A stretch of DNA of 63,933 bases, filler included, from Octopus bimaculoides (Eukaryota): assembly GCF_001194135.2 (NCBI RefSeq). It is 6 parts of 6 records of this genome, joined end to end, with 100 filler letters (N's around TTAATTAATTAA, not from the genome) between each part and the next. Parts side by side here need not be neighbours in the genome. Positions count along the whole stretch, not along the records: positions 27,948 to 42,096 come from NC_068986.1; positions 42,197 to 44,678 come from NC_068987.1; positions 44,779 to 59,865 come from NC_068990.1; 3 more parts are not named here. One strand, given 5' to 3'. Below, piece after piece: positions 38,016-50,530 of this stretch. Position 1 is the stretch's first letter. Each line of letters opens with the position of its first letter. A program made the translations under genes and the position numbers. Below the pieces are notes generated by a model. That model had not been told where the DNA came from, did no database searches, and worked only from the letters and a program-made list of their open reading frames with translations.

Positions 38016-38353
38016 AATACGAGAGAAATAAAAACTGGTTCTTTTCACTAAGCTGCTTATTTCTTTAGCAACTTCAGTTTGATGTTGAAGTATTATATTT
38101 CGCAAGCGCACTGGTTGATCCCTTGTGTTTGCCATTGGGAAGGATAAAATATTTTCATATTTTTCCATGACTTGTATTTTTATTTCACAATTTGAATTAT
38201 AAAATTATCTTTCTGATCAAAATCATGCAACAACTAATAGACAAATACAGAATCTGGAACGGGTTTTGTGGCTTGCCGATGAGAATATTTACTGATAAAT
38301 CGATTTTTCTCAAGCATTTGCCTTCCTTTAAGAATTCTATATTATTTGAATTG

Positions 38354-38733
38354 TGGAGGCGCAATGGCCCCGTGGTTAGGGCAGTGGACTCGCGGTCATA
38401 GGATCGCAGTTTCGATTCCCAGACCGGGCGTTGTGAGTGTTTATTGAGCGAAAACACTTAAAGCTCCACGAGGCTCCAGCAGGGGATGGTGGCGAACCCT
38501 GCTGTACTCTTTCACCACAACTTTCTCTCACCCTTACCTCCTGTTTCAGTTGTACCTGTATTTCAAAGGGCCAGCCTTGTCACACTGTGTCACGCTGAAT
38601 ATCCCCTTAACTACGTTAAGGGTACAGGTGTCTGTGGAGTGCTCAGCCACTTGCACGTTAATTTCACGAGCAGGCTGTTCCGTTGATCGGGTCAACTGCA
38701 ACCCTCGACGTCGTAAGCGACGGAGTGCCAGCA
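38354..38733 (+). mobile_element. tRNA-derived SINE family C
   Basis: tggaggcgcaatggccccgtggttagggcagtggactcgcgg...gtttcgattccc head; matches 19326-19687. Confidence 0.85.
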
Positions 38734-38989
38734 ATATTTAACCTTTTAATTAAAAGAAAATTATTTCGAATTAAAAAGCGATGAGACGTTAAAGAACAGT
38801 CTTGTCTATACTTTCAGATGGAAATTCTGAAAATTCGCAGAAGTTCTGAAAATTCTCAAAAGTTCAAAACTTGTGAAAATCACAAGACCAAGGGGATTTC
38901 TTCTGTTTCATCTGAATAACAATCAGCTGAATCTGCAACATTACACCAAACTTTTATCTGCTTTAGCAACTCATGTTGTGCAACCTACA

Positions 38990-40930
38990 CTATAGTTTTT
39001 CCAAACTTGATTTATATTGGTTTATTCGAAACAATACGCTAAAAAAACAAAAACAAATAAATCGAAGTTTCTGTCCTTCGTGGTTCGAATTTTTAGAATT
39101 CTCCGCTCCAGATAACACTGCTTTCTGCTATTGCATTTTTGTACGTCTCAGAATGCTGACAATTGTTTTAAAGTTAGATTTACTAACTGGCACAATGCTC
39201 TATCAAAAAGCAAAGATTTCTTAGCAGGTTGGTAATTCTACCATACATAATAAAATTTGGGGCTAAAGGCAGAAACACAGGACAACAATTCAGTGGATCT
39301 ACAATGGGGAATGAAAATCAACTGAAAGAAAGAAAGAGAGAGAGAGAGAAAAAAATAAGACAGAATCTATATTATTTACAGTCTGTGGGGAAGTGATTCA
39401 ATTTTTGGTGCATAAATGAACTTACTTTTCATAATGATTACAACGAAAATATCGCCTGTCTTGACAATGATAACGACAACAAAGTCTCTGGACTTTTTCT
39501 ATGGCTTTTTGAATATACTCTTATCAAAGATTCAACATTAAAAGAAATCTTTAGAAGGCGTCGTACACAACTGCTATGATGCAAAATGTAATTATACAAC
39601 TTATGAAAAATGAGGTTTTGTATAAAATAATGATGATATTCGTTAGCTAGATAGCCCTTTTTTTACTATTAGAGCAACAGAACTCGTGAGCCAACTAATG
39701 CAGAAAATATATCTGTCACAATGAGATTTGTAAAAGTAGGGGTCGTGTTAGAAAACTTGATTACTTTAATTATGACCAAAGACTTAAATGTAGAAACTTT
39801 GGGTAATGTTGTTATTCAAAGTATTGGAGACGATCGGCTAAAAGTGGAAAAGACATTTTATCTCAGTGCTATGCGGGTAACTCAATAATGTCTATCTGCA
39901 CTGGTGATGTCCTACAAGTATTGTAACAGAAAATTGGAAAGGAAATCCTGTTCGTGCACCGTTTCAGTCATCAGTTGCTTTTGGTTTTAGTTTACTTAGT
40001 CGAAGAGCTATTAATAACTTTCTACGTAGGCCAAAATTGTTTACTGCATTCTAAAGTACACATTTACTAGAACAATGGTGGCCAGGGCATCTAGCAGCTG
40101 TTTTCACTATGCTTACCAATCATGAACTCACAGTGCCAAGTGCTTCGAGAAGTGGAAAAATAACAGTTCTGAAATAAACATTAGAATTGTGGCAACGGGT
40201 ATTTTGAAGTAGATTACTAACCTCAAATTTATCTTTACTTTTGTCATTCTTCTTGAAGATAGTCTGAAAAATTTTGATGCACCAAATAAATTGTTACAAT
40301 GTCACGACTGCGATTCGTCCGAAGGAGTACGTCTTATATTGTACTGAATATTTTGAAAGGAATAAGAAAAGACAAGGGAAAATTCCAAAGCATCTTCTCT
40401 TAGGCTAAGACGTTTAATGCAGAAGACGATTATCATATTCATCAACGTGTACATAGAGTTCCAGGGCATATTACACAATCATCAATAATAATGTCAACGC
40501 TGGGTCATGGAAATTCTGACATTAGGTACGTACTTTCTAATAGTAACTGCATTAGTGTTTTTGATAACTGTATTTAAAAACACCAAAGTCGCTTTAATGA
40601 ACGTAACACAAGGAGAGACTTTAAAGTTTCAAAGTTTATCTCCTGTTTGTGAATGTGTGGGCATAAAATATTTAGACGGATTATTTCACAACGAACTACG
40701 CGTTGCCAAATGTTACATCATGGAAATCATGTCTTCAGTGAAGCTGTCAGATATCTGTTCTTTCTTATATCCATTTAAGGTTGCTTTTTCAGATACCTGC
40801 AAATTGTATGCAGCACCCTCTGCAAGCAATGTTTCTTGCGATTCACCTTTCTGTACTCTTACTCATACATTTACATCCTATCGATGTCCTATGGAACATC
40901 AAAAGAACAATCTTCTTAATACTTGCATTT
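38990..40930 (+). mobile_element. Decayed hAT transposase (TTF-type zinc finger, core, hATC dimerisation region)
   Basis: RSFCPSWFEFLEFSAPDNTAFCYCIF; PFFTIRA...ENISVTMRFV; ILSQCYAGNSIMS (39855-39893, cf. SQCYDGASVMSG); EILFVHRFSHQLLLV; KLYAA...VSCDSPFCTL...YRCPM; many stops; TIRs not identified. Confidence 0.7.
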
Positions 40931-41169
40931 ATGGATTGCTACAAAAGAAAACTAAGCATAGAAAGAGGAGGAGGAGTGGAAGAAGAGTAAGAGTAAGAGG
41001 AAGTGCATTAAAAATTAGCATCCCACCCCAAATCGTAATCAATGTAAAGAACATAAATTTGAAGAAATTGTCTAAAAAATTTAAAGTGATATGCTTATGC
41101 CGAAACTCCTATTTAGAATTGTGAATTAGAGAACCTATACAGAATGTTCTGAAGTCCCCTCTTCAAGCA

Positions 41170-41810
41170 TACAATTTTCAGGCCTTCCAAGGCTGGCAAT
41201 CTTGATGCTACAATGTTCTGTTTAAACTGATGTAAGAAGATTTGAGCAGGGAGAAGACTCCAGAGAGACGATGTTCTGAGGAGGTAGAACTGGTAACAAT
41301 GATCAGTGCGGGGTGGGTCGAGTGAATTGGATGCACTGAGAGTGGCGAGAGGAGCAAACACAAACGGTTCGCCTGCAACAGAGTGGTGGGGATACGCGAC
41401 CAAACATCACTGAAGAACAGAAACTATTAAAATTGTGAAAGAAAAGACAAAAAGGAGGATATATGCCAATGAAGCAGGGGCTGGAACGTGTCCTTAGTGA
41501 TTGAATTCCAAGTAGACGAGTGGTCCTACTCGGGATGCGATCCAGGATGCGAATGTGTATGTAGTAGTAGTAGTAATAGAAGAAGCTATATATATGTGAA
41601 AGTGATTCTCTATTGTAGGGCAAATTTGAATCTTGTAACGGTGTCGGCGGTGTTGGGAGTTGAAATATCTTCTAACACTAAAGAGAAGGGCCAGTCACAG
41701 GGACGCAGTCGTAGCTATGCCAGGGATGTGCTTTCACCAGGAGAGAGCTTCGGTGGTAGTGAGGCCTAGCATTTGGAGCAACTATGAGGAGCTGAAGCTA
41801 AGTGCCGCTC
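41170..41810 (-). mobile_element. CR1/Jockey-like LINE 3' fragment
   Basis: LQMLGLTTTEALSW*KHIPGIATTASL*LALLFSVRRYF...YKIQICP; later RTSSLWSLLPAQIF (cf. RT..LWN.LP). Confidence 0.55.
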
Positions 41811-41852
41811 ATGTTTAGAGGGGATGTGATGCGGTAGTGGTTTGCTGATAAG

Positions 41853-42070
41853 AATAGTGAGTTTCCGGTTTCAAAGGCGTATGTGTTTCCCCAGCTGGAC
41901 GGGACGCCAGTCCACCGCAGCGTTAGTCATTTTTGCCAGCTGAGGGGACTGGAGCAACGTGAAATGAAGTGTTTTGCTCAAGAATACAACGCGTCGCCCG
42001 GTCCAGGAATCGAAACCACAATCTTACGATCATGATACTGACACCCTAATCACTAAGCCGCGCGCTTCCA
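41853..42070 (-). mobile_element. tRNA-derived CORE-like SINE family D
   Basis: Minus strand: ggcttagtgattagg...ggtttcgattcc...gtattcttgagcaaaacacttcatttcacgttgctccagtcccctcagctggc. Confidence 0.7.
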
Positions 42071-42096
42071 CCTGCGTATATATATATATATATATA

Positions 42097-42196
42097 NNNN
42101 NNNNNNNNNNNNNNNNNNNNNNNNNNNNNNNNNNNNNNNNTTAATTAATTAANNNNNNNNNNNNNNNNNNNNNNNNNNNNNNNNNNNNNNNNNNNN
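42097..42196. other. Artificial scaffolding spacer
   Basis: 44N-TTAATTAATTAA-44N. Confidence 0.95.
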
Positions 42197-42272
42197 TCCC
42201 ATCTTCGTTGAGCCCTGTGTGGCTAATAAAAGAAATGTATCTTTCTGTCTCTCTGTCTGTCTATCTGTTTGC

Positions 42273-42369
<97 letters not shown>

Positions 42370-42451
42370 TGTATGTACGTGCGTGTGTGGGGGTCGATAT
42401 AATTTCAGGCATTGCACCTATATTAGAAAGTATTATTCATAGATCAACTCA

Positions 42452-42645
42452 AGTGGCGAGCTGGCAGAATCGTTAGCTCGTCAAGCAAAATGATTAGCGG
42501 AATTTCGTCTGTCATTACGTTCTGAGGTCAAATTCCGCTGATGTCGACTTTGCTTTTCGTGGTCGATAATATAAGTATCAGTTGATCTCTGGGGGTCGAC
42601 TTGATCCCTCCCTCAAAATTGCTGGCCTTCAGCCAAGGTTTGAAA
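42452..42645 (+). mobile_element. SINE family A
   Basis: gtggcgagctggcagaatcgttagc...gtcgactttgc. Confidence 0.8.
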
Positions 42646-42766
42646 CTTTTATATCAAGATGAACTGTAACTTCGCAGATCCATCATGAAAGCTTTGCCAT
42701 AAGTAATCAATAGTTAATTTTTAAACTCACTTTAGACTCACTCCTATGTATTCTTTTTCTTTCCTA

Positions 42767-42952
42767 TCATCATCATCGTCATTTATCGTCCATTGTCCAA
42801 GCTGGCATGGGTCGGGCGGTTTAACCAGGGCTGGTAAGATGGAAGGCTGTACTAGACTCCTATCTGATTTGGCATGGTTTTCTACGGCTGAATGTCCTTC
42901 CTAATGCCAATCACACTGAGAGTGTAACGGGTGTTTTTATGTGCAACCAGCA
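42767..42952 (-). mobile_element. 3' end fragment of the RTE family seen at 55 kb
   Basis: (GAT)n tail; similar to 55034-55225. Confidence 0.7.
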
Positions 42953-43044
42953 AACCTACGCATTTGCAGTGTTCAGACTGAAAAGATGAACATCAGTTCC
43001 GTTAAAAAAAAAACCTCTACAAAATCCACCCTCACAAAAGGAAA

Positions 43045-43240
43045 ACATAAACACGAAATTCAAAGGAAGTATCGCCAATTAGCAAAATAATAATCAATGA
43101 TGCAATGTTTAGACGAGTCGATACGTTTGAATAATTTAGAACTTCCATGACATCAGATAGAGAAAACAACAACGGAATCAAATCGAGGATTGGACAGGCC
43201 AAAGTTGTTTTCCGTAGGATCAAACATTTTACCGAATAAA
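43045..43240 (+). mobile_element. RTE-like LINE fragment, post-RT region
   Basis: RRVDTFE*FRTSMTSDRENNNGIKSRIGQAKVVF (cf. V..F.YLG..T.D....IK.RIG.A...F). Confidence 0.45.
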
Positions 43241-43419
43241 TAATAAAAAGTTCTAGGGCTGTGGTTTTCAACCAGGGTCTATATGAACCTTAAAGGTCCA
43301 TATATGATTTTGTTGTTGAAGTTTATGAGCAATGAATTGTTTATACGTCTACAGTATGCAACACGGTGTTAGAGACTGTGAATGGTGGATTAGACAAGTG
43401 GATAAAGGAGATTTGAATG

Positions 43420-44250
43420 AAGTGCTCTGTCGGGCTTCTATACAAGGTTTGCATCTTAGGAACGAGAAAGGGTCTTGAGCACGTGATGGTTTATTGAAAT
43501 CATGTGGCCCTAAAGGAGTACGAAATGACAAAGTAGCAGTGTGAATGCATTGTGAGTTCTGCAAGAAATATGGGCTAGAATGTTCCAGTAATCAGTATGG
43601 ACAGCAACTTCTGCCTGTAGCGGAGAATGATCAGGTGAAACTCATATGGAATATGTATATAAACTCAAACAAAAATCTGCAACATAACCGACCAGATATC
43701 ACTCTCGTACTGAAGGAGTCCAAGGAATGGATCTTCATCGACATAGCCATGCGTACAGACCAGAAAACTGCGATGACAGAGGACGGGAAATCCGGGGAAT
43801 ACCAAGACCTAGCATTGGAAGTAAAACGAATCCATATAACCTCAAAAGTGTGTGTGGTACCTATTGTAATCGGTGCACTTGGGTTCATCTCAAAGAAAGC
43901 AATATTCTGACTTGAAAAGCTGTAAATATCAAATTTCTTAGGAAATGCAAAAGGTTTTGTTTCAACTGGTACGTTACACGTAATGAGAAGAATCTTATCG
44001 CTGTGAATTTTCTTTTTTTCTTTTCCTTTTCTTTTCTTTCCCTTCCGTTTCTTTTTTCTTTTCTTCATTTTTTGATTCAAAACAATTGTTTTATTTTTCA
44101 TTTTTCTTTCTTTCCTTTTTTCTATCACATAACTTGACTTTGTAAATGAACAATCTGATGTGTCTATTCTAATGACCTACCATTGTATACAGTGAGTTTC
44201 TTTGCTCTAGGTGTTGGGAAGACGCTCGACAAGAAGTGGTCAAAAAATTG
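43420..44250 (+). mobile_element. R4/Dong-type LINE 3' fragment with probable 3' UTR
   Basis: ORF 43545-43910 HCEFCKKYG...LIWNMYI...HNRPDITLV...IFIDIA...YQDLALEVKRI...VVPIVIGALG; (TAA)n from ~44250. Confidence 0.8.
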
Positions 44251-44252
44251 TA

Positions 44253-44296
<44 letters not shown>

Positions 44297-44297
<1 letters not shown>

Positions 44298-44638
44298 TAA
44301 TCAAAATACAAAGACCTGGTAATAGAGGAAACTCAAAATACAAAGACCTGGAAATAGAGGTAACTCGAACGTGGAATCTAAAAACAGAAACAATTCCTAT
44401 CATAGTAGGTGCCTTAGGTATAATAAAAAATATTCAGACAAATACATAACAAAAACATCAGATCTTACAAATATATATAACATACAGAAAATTGCACTAC
44501 TGGGTACTGCACACATTCTACGCAAAACACTTTCAATACAGTAAACATAAGAGCACCACAGCAAACCACAGCACATACCCAAGGCGCACAGAGCTGCGCT
44601 CGGTAGTGAAGTGAAAGCACGTTATAAAAATAAAACTA

Positions 44639-44642
<4 letters not shown>
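44297..44642 (+). mobile_element. 5'-truncated R4/Dong-type LINE between (TAA)n tracts
   Basis: SKYKDLEIEVTRTWNLKTETIPIIVGALG...IQKIALLGTAHILRKTLSIQ*; TAA runs on both sides. Confidence 0.85.
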
Positions 44643-44672
<30 letters not shown>

Positions 44673-44678
44673 GTAATG

Positions 44679-44778
44679 NNNNNNNNNNNNNNNNNNNNNN
44701 NNNNNNNNNNNNNNNNNNNNNNTTAATTAATTAANNNNNNNNNNNNNNNNNNNNNNNNNNNNNNNNNNNNNNNNNNNN
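44679..44778. other. Artificial scaffolding spacer
   Basis: 44N-TTAATTAATTAA-44N. Confidence 0.95.
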
Positions 44779-46330
44779 GTCCGCACAAGCCGACACGAGC
44801 TACCGCTTCCTAGATGCCCCTCGAAATATCCAGCTTCCACAGCAATGACTCTAGAGCCAGTGCGTACAGAAGAGGCGAGAATGGGCATCTTTCTCAACAG
44901 CACCACCTCTCCACGGCTCACAGCACTGGGAATTCTCCCGTTCTGCTGCCAGTTGTGGTAGAGATCTGTCAAGAGATCACCGAACAAGCCTAGCATATGA
45001 AGATAAACCTCGAAGTGCTGACCATCCTGCCCCAGAGACTTCTCTCTTGCACAGCTCGTCATCGCGTCCCGTAGATCTTCGGCTGTTATCAGCATTTCGC
45101 AAAACTCAGTATCCCTGGTTGAGAGGTTTGGCATGCCACTGAGATAAAAGGTGAAATCCACCTCCATGCCAGAACCATCGCACGCCCCATACAGTTCGGT
45201 GAAGTGTCGCTGAAATTTCGCACACATGTACTTGGACTCTGTTATCATGCACTTATCACATCTCCCCGAAGACCGAATTGTTGCTTTGATTCTGTCGCCC
45301 GGGCCCATCGAACGACTTTCGTCCCCTCCCGTCGCAGTGCATGCGCCCTTGCAAGCTTCGTACTTGGCATTGACGAATTAATCAAGAGTCAATCTGCCGT
45401 TAGCTCGTCGGTCGCTATGCCTTTCCTAAGCGCCTCTTCTAGCTTCCTAACTAGGTCTCCCACCATCCTAAATTCCACTAACGCTATTTCTTTACTAAAA
45501 CCTACCGCCTCTACTGTAATAGCACCATTGGCCGATGACGATTGCGCCCGCCAACTCCCGATGGAATAACTTGCAAATCCGGTCTCTGAAAGCTTGGTGC
45601 ACCAGGAAGGACGCGTTCAGCTTCCAGTATCCGGGGCCCCACTCTATGGTTCCTATCTGTATCGGCCGTACAGATCACAAATTTATGGTCCGACGACTTT
45701 GGACAGTGGATAACTTAAACTACTTCTATGTACAGGCCTACAAAATACTCTGTCTAGATACGATCTGGAAGACCCGATGCGATTTTCCCATGTCCACATT
45801 GGCGCATTCGGGAAATCCAGTCAGTACCTGTCAGCTAACTGGAAGCGACTGAGCAGGTTTGTGAGGCTTTCACTCCCCCTTTCCTATAAGGTAACCCCAT
45901 CTTATTCAGGCGAACAACCAAGATGACTTTTCAGTCACCCACTAACATCAAAGAGCGTGACGTCCCAAGGAAAACCTCTAAACATGTGAAGAAATCTGGA
46001 TGCCCCACCCCCGTAGGGGCGTAAACAGTGACTAGTCTAAAGGCATCACCATCACTGTTGCTCACGTCCTGAACCATCAACTTATCTTCCGGGTCCAGGG
46101 AGATCGCCCGAACCTTGAGATCCTGGCCTTTCCTAAACAGCACTATCACCTCATCTCCCATTCCGGGCCGACTAAGAGGTGTGTAGATCTCCTAATCGTC
46201 GAAAACGGGTGCCAGATCGCATTTGTCGGAAATCCTGGTCTCACTGGCCGCTATCACATCCAACCCTAGTGACCTGAGGTCATTGAGCAAGCGACCTTGC
46301 TTCTAAGGTAACCTCAGGCCGCGAACCCAT
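44779..46330 (-). mobile_element. Decayed L1/Tx1-type LINE ORF2 (AP endonuclease to start of RT)
   Basis: VRGL...LDVIAASETR; VYAP...LVGD; WTWENRIGSSRSYLDR; GPGYWKLNAS; KSLGQDG...IPSAVSRGEVVLLRK. Confidence 0.85.
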
Positions 46331-46339
46331 AAATGGCAA

Positions 46340-46483
46340 AGGCATCACCGAAAATGATAACGCAAAGATCCTATTTGATTTTATGATTCAGTGCGATCAT
46401 GAGATAGAGAATAGGAAACAAGACATAGTCTTAATTGAGAAAGAAAGAAAACGATGCTGGCTCATAGATATAGCATGCCCAGC
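46340..46483 (+). mobile_element. R4/Dong endonuclease fragment
   Basis: ENDNAKILFDFMIQCDHEIENRKQDIVLIEKERKRCWLIDIACPAD; same lineage as 12244-12640. Confidence 0.8.
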
Positions 46484-46852
46484 TGACATCTCTGATCCCG
46501 AGCAGAAGTAGTGGCGGAGCATCGTAGCCATGTGTCGAAATGAATTCTTTGGGGTTTGAATAATTCACCTCTGGAAGCATAGTTGTTTCGGTCAATATCC
46601 TTAAACAACCCTTATTCTGGGACCTTTTGAGCGAGATGGGCTACTCGACCTGCAAAAAATTCTAGCTAGGCCCCCACCTGCAAGGTCATGCGGTGTTCAT
46701 CTTAATATGAGATCCCCATGTCACGCACATATGGTTATGATGCATATGCCTGGTGTACCCTTATCAGACTGGTAGTCATGATGGGTATTTGGGGCTTCGT
46801 ATATTTTACCCCAGTGTCACTTTGATGGCATGCACCGCTCTCTCACTTAATA
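46484..46852 (+). mobile_element. ~560-bp (TAA)-associated element, 3' part, copy 3
   Basis: Reverse complement of ~4815-5180; followed by (TAA)n 46853-46914. Confidence 0.85.
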
Positions 46853-46864
46853 ATCTTAATAATC

Positions 46865-46914
<50 letters not shown>

Positions 46915-46916
<2 letters not shown>

Positions 46917-47075
46917 GTGCTTCTGTCTCTATCTTCGGATCACTCCTCCTCACCGATGACCACCGGTCTTCTATATCTGTCTTGGAGTTCGCATCTCTTG
47001 CAAACTGACCGTACATTTTTTTCCTTCCATGCCGCTCCAACTCCTGCAGTATTTGCTTTTGGGTTAGCATTGTAC
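46915..47075 (-). mobile_element. R4/Dong LINE internal fragment
   Basis: KQILQELE...KKMYGQFARD...DRWSSVRRSDPKIETEALI (cf. MHGQF...W.WL...LK.ETE.LI). Confidence 0.7.
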
Positions 47076-47090
47076 AGAAAGCAAAAAAGG

Positions 47091-47150
47091 GGGAACCTTT
47101 GACAGAGGAACCTTTGACAGGGGAACCTTTGACAGGGGAGCCTTTGTCAG
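47091..47150. repeat. 15-bp tandem repeat x4 (gggaacctttgacag)
   Basis: Seen directly. Confidence 0.9.
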
Positions 47151-47399
47151 ATCGAACGCATGATACTGAACAGTTTCGACAGATTACCATCTATTCTGAC
47201 CAAAACAAAACTGTACATTGCAGCGATCCAAACTAGCCGGTCATCATGGAGGTCACCAAGTATTAATGATCGATCTTATTGAGAGCTTTCAACTGATCTA
47301 AATTGATCGTGACCCCATCGTGCCAGATTTTTACCCACCCTTGCTATGATGTATCGCGTAAGGTGGAGAGTTTTTTAAGGATAGATCTGTTTGGCATGA

Positions 47400-47900
47400 C
47401 ATATGTCAGCGCCGCATCTATTGGAATACTGATGACAAGTACCAACCTCTTAGCTAACAACTTCACCAAAAGCTCCAAGTAGCATTTGGCTTTCAGACCT
47501 CAACCACAACATGCAGTTGCTCACCAGTGAGCAGGTTGATAAGGTCTGTGATCTTTTCTACCTCCTCCGATTTTACCTGGATGGGAATTTCTACTGTGGG
47601 CTCAGACCAAAACTCCCACTCCGTTTGTTTCACTTCGGGGAGCATGTCACTGTCTTTCAAAGTGACGCAGGCCAACAAGACTTGATGTCTAATCCTGTTG
47701 AAACATTCTCTATCTTAACGAAACATGTACTTATCCCTGAATATATCGAGTATAGGGCGAGTTCCCTGTCACGAATGGAAGCTGTAGAGTGCTTGTGGAT
47801 ATCGTATTTGCTCTTAAAGTTGACCTCTATGCTCTGGAACTGCCTTGCCTTGATCTACATCAGCCCATATTTCTTTTAGACTCGTTCCACCTAGTTGTGT
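47400..47900 (-). mobile_element. Possible decayed Tx1-type ORF1
   Basis: EVEKITDLINLLTGEQLHVVVE, then after a 1-nt frameshift KPKCYL (zinc-knuckle-like start); upstream of and co-oriented with the Tx1 ORF2. Confidence 0.4.
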
Positions 47901-48249
47901 GTCACTGCTTCGAAGGTACCAGTTTATAGCCAGCTCAGAGCGATACACCAACGACTTCGAGTAGTTACTGCCAAGAACTCGGCTGGAAAACAATCGCCAA
48001 TGACTGCCCCAAGTGGCAGCATGTCAAGGGAACGGACCAGACAGAAAATAACAGACATCAAGACACAAAGATCGACTCACACTTCCTCGCCCTGCACCAA
48101 CCCTCTCCAGTAATAAAAGCTCCTGGCTCTTCTTGGCCTGAACAGCGAACTCAGGTGCCAGTACCCTTTGTACTCATCAGGATGAAGATGTTCAATCACT
48201 CACTACCGATTAACTATTCGGATACGAGTTAATGCTAACGACGAATAAT

Positions 48250-48915
48250 ATACTCTGAATAAGTATACTGAGAAAATCTAGGTCTGCCTATAAGTTCAAT
48301 AAAACCCAAGATGAATAAATCACCTTTTAGTGGATGCCTTGAGCTATATACAAAAAATGAGAAAGACCTGGATTATTTGATGCAAACAGTGATAGTATTC
48401 ATTAAAGATATTGGAATGTAGTTTGGAGTAATTAAATTCGCAGTATTAATTATGAAGATAGACTGGATGGCATGAAATTATCACAAGACAATATCATTAT
48501 ATCGTTTGAACTGAGGGGTACAAATATCTAAGAGTGCTACAAGACAACAAGATAATGGAAGGGGAAATTATCGAGACAGTCACCAAAAAGTACATTAAGA
48601 AAATTAGGATGGCGCTCAAAACAAGATTAAATGGTGAGAGCATCATTAAAGCCATAATACACGGGCTATGCCAATACTGAGATATTCTGCTCTCTTTCTG
48701 AAATGGACAAAGAGCGAGCTACAGAACTTCGACGAAAGAACTAAAAAGCTGCTCACAATGCACAACGCACTCCATCCTAAAAGCCTCTATCTAAGTAGAA
48801 AGGAAAGTGGCAAAGAATTACTAAACGTAGAAGACATTGTTAATACTGCGATACTGGATTTGAAAATTATGTAGTGTAAAGTAAAGAAAGAATTCTATCG
48901 GCAGCCAGAGATACC
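48250..48915 (+). mobile_element. Decayed R4/Dong LINE RT C-terminal region
   Basis: DLDYLMQTV...KDIGM*FG; EGYKYL; RLNGESIIKAI; ILRYSALFLKWTKSELQNFDERTKKLLTMHNALHPKS; LYLSRKESGK. Confidence 0.8.
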
Positions 48916-50012
48916 CAAGAAGTGACTGTAACATTAGGAGAATGCTATTCAATATTCTACAAGAATCCTAAGGAAAATTTTGAGTTTTGCGGAGACTTGT
49001 TACCAAACTTCAAGATAAAATCCCTGTTAACTAATTAGCGTGTACTAATTATTATTACTATCACTATTATTATTGTTGTTGTTGTTGTTTCCTCTTCATC
49101 ATCATAATCACAAACTGTGAGATTACACAGACGTGTAGGATGTGATGGAGAAGTTACACAAAGACAATGAGAAGAATAAAAATGTTATAAAATACATAAT
49201 AGGACCAAGTAAAATTTATACAACACAGACATTATCATGGAAATAATTTTTTTTTAAATGTGCTATGAAACNNNNNNNNNNNNNNNNNNNNNNNNNNNNN
49301 NNNNNNNNNNNNNNNNNNNNNNNNNNNNNNNNNNNNNNTATATATATATATATATATATATGTATAATTTTAGCATTGAATTGCATTTCTGATTACATTT
49401 CCATGTCTTTCTTTCCTGTATGTTTCTGGCGATAAGTTCTTATGGTCAGTAAGTCATAGCCCACTTCTTCCGGATCGTTGAAATGTAACACGCCATAAAG
49501 TCAGTGAGATGATTGATGGAACGAAATAATTCTCAGACCGGATGCCCCTTCTGGAATTTTATTATAGAATCGACTCTCCTAAAAGATGCCAAGAGCCAAA
49601 CTGTGACAGGAGATAACCTGTTGTTCATTAATATGTAAACGTGACTAAAATTCTGATCGTAACCATCGAACTATCAGACTAAATTGATGTTTATTAACCA
49701 TTTATAATTGATAAAAGAAAAATATAGAGTTCATGAAAGTTATCAATAGCCTGCGTCAGAAAAAATTATTTAATAATCTTGGTGCTATAAAAATATATTT
49801 GTATGACTAAATTTTTAAATCTGTCTCATCATTACACACAAACAATATTATTGTGCAGTAAAAATAACAGGTGCTCGCAAGAATTTCGTTATGCTGTTGT
49901 TGTTGTTGTTGTTGTTCAGTCTCTGCTTAGCTACAATCAAGTGAACCTATGATTGAGACGTTCTAGTTATGACTGTGCCATCTTATTCAGAAAGAACGTG
50001 TCTATGACAGTG

Positions 50013-50058
<46 letters not shown>

Positions 50059-50094
50059 GCATATATAATATAATATAATATAATATATATATCA

Positions 50095-50126
<32 letters not shown>

Positions 50127-50480
50127 CATATATATTATATATATAGATATATATATATATATATATATATATAANNNNNNNNNNNNNNNNNNNNNNNNNN
50201 NNNNNNNNNNNNNNNNNNNNNNNNNNNNNNNNNNNNNNNNNNNNNNNNNNNNNNNNNNNNNNNNNNNNNNNNNNNNNNNNNNNNNNNNNNNNNNNNNNNN
50301 NNNNNNNNNNNNNNNNNNNNNNNNNNNNNNNNNNNNNNNNNNNNNNNNNNNNNNNNNNNNNNNNNNNNNNNNNNNNNNNNNNNNNNNNNNNNNNNNNNNN
50401 NNNNNNNNNNNNNNNNNNNNNNNNNNNNNNNNNNNNNNNNNNNNNNNNNNNNNNNNNNNNNNNNNNNNNNNNNNNNNNNN

Positions 50481-50530
<50 letters not shown>

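Noticed and set aside
40507-41124. 205-aa ORF as a host gene
   Set aside because: Its middle matches the hAT C-terminal region and follows other hAT remnants; treated as transposase decay
48150-48182. CTGATGA-gtac-aaagg-gtac on the minus strand
   Set aside because: Stem II forms but no GAAA follows, so the hammerhead core is incomplete
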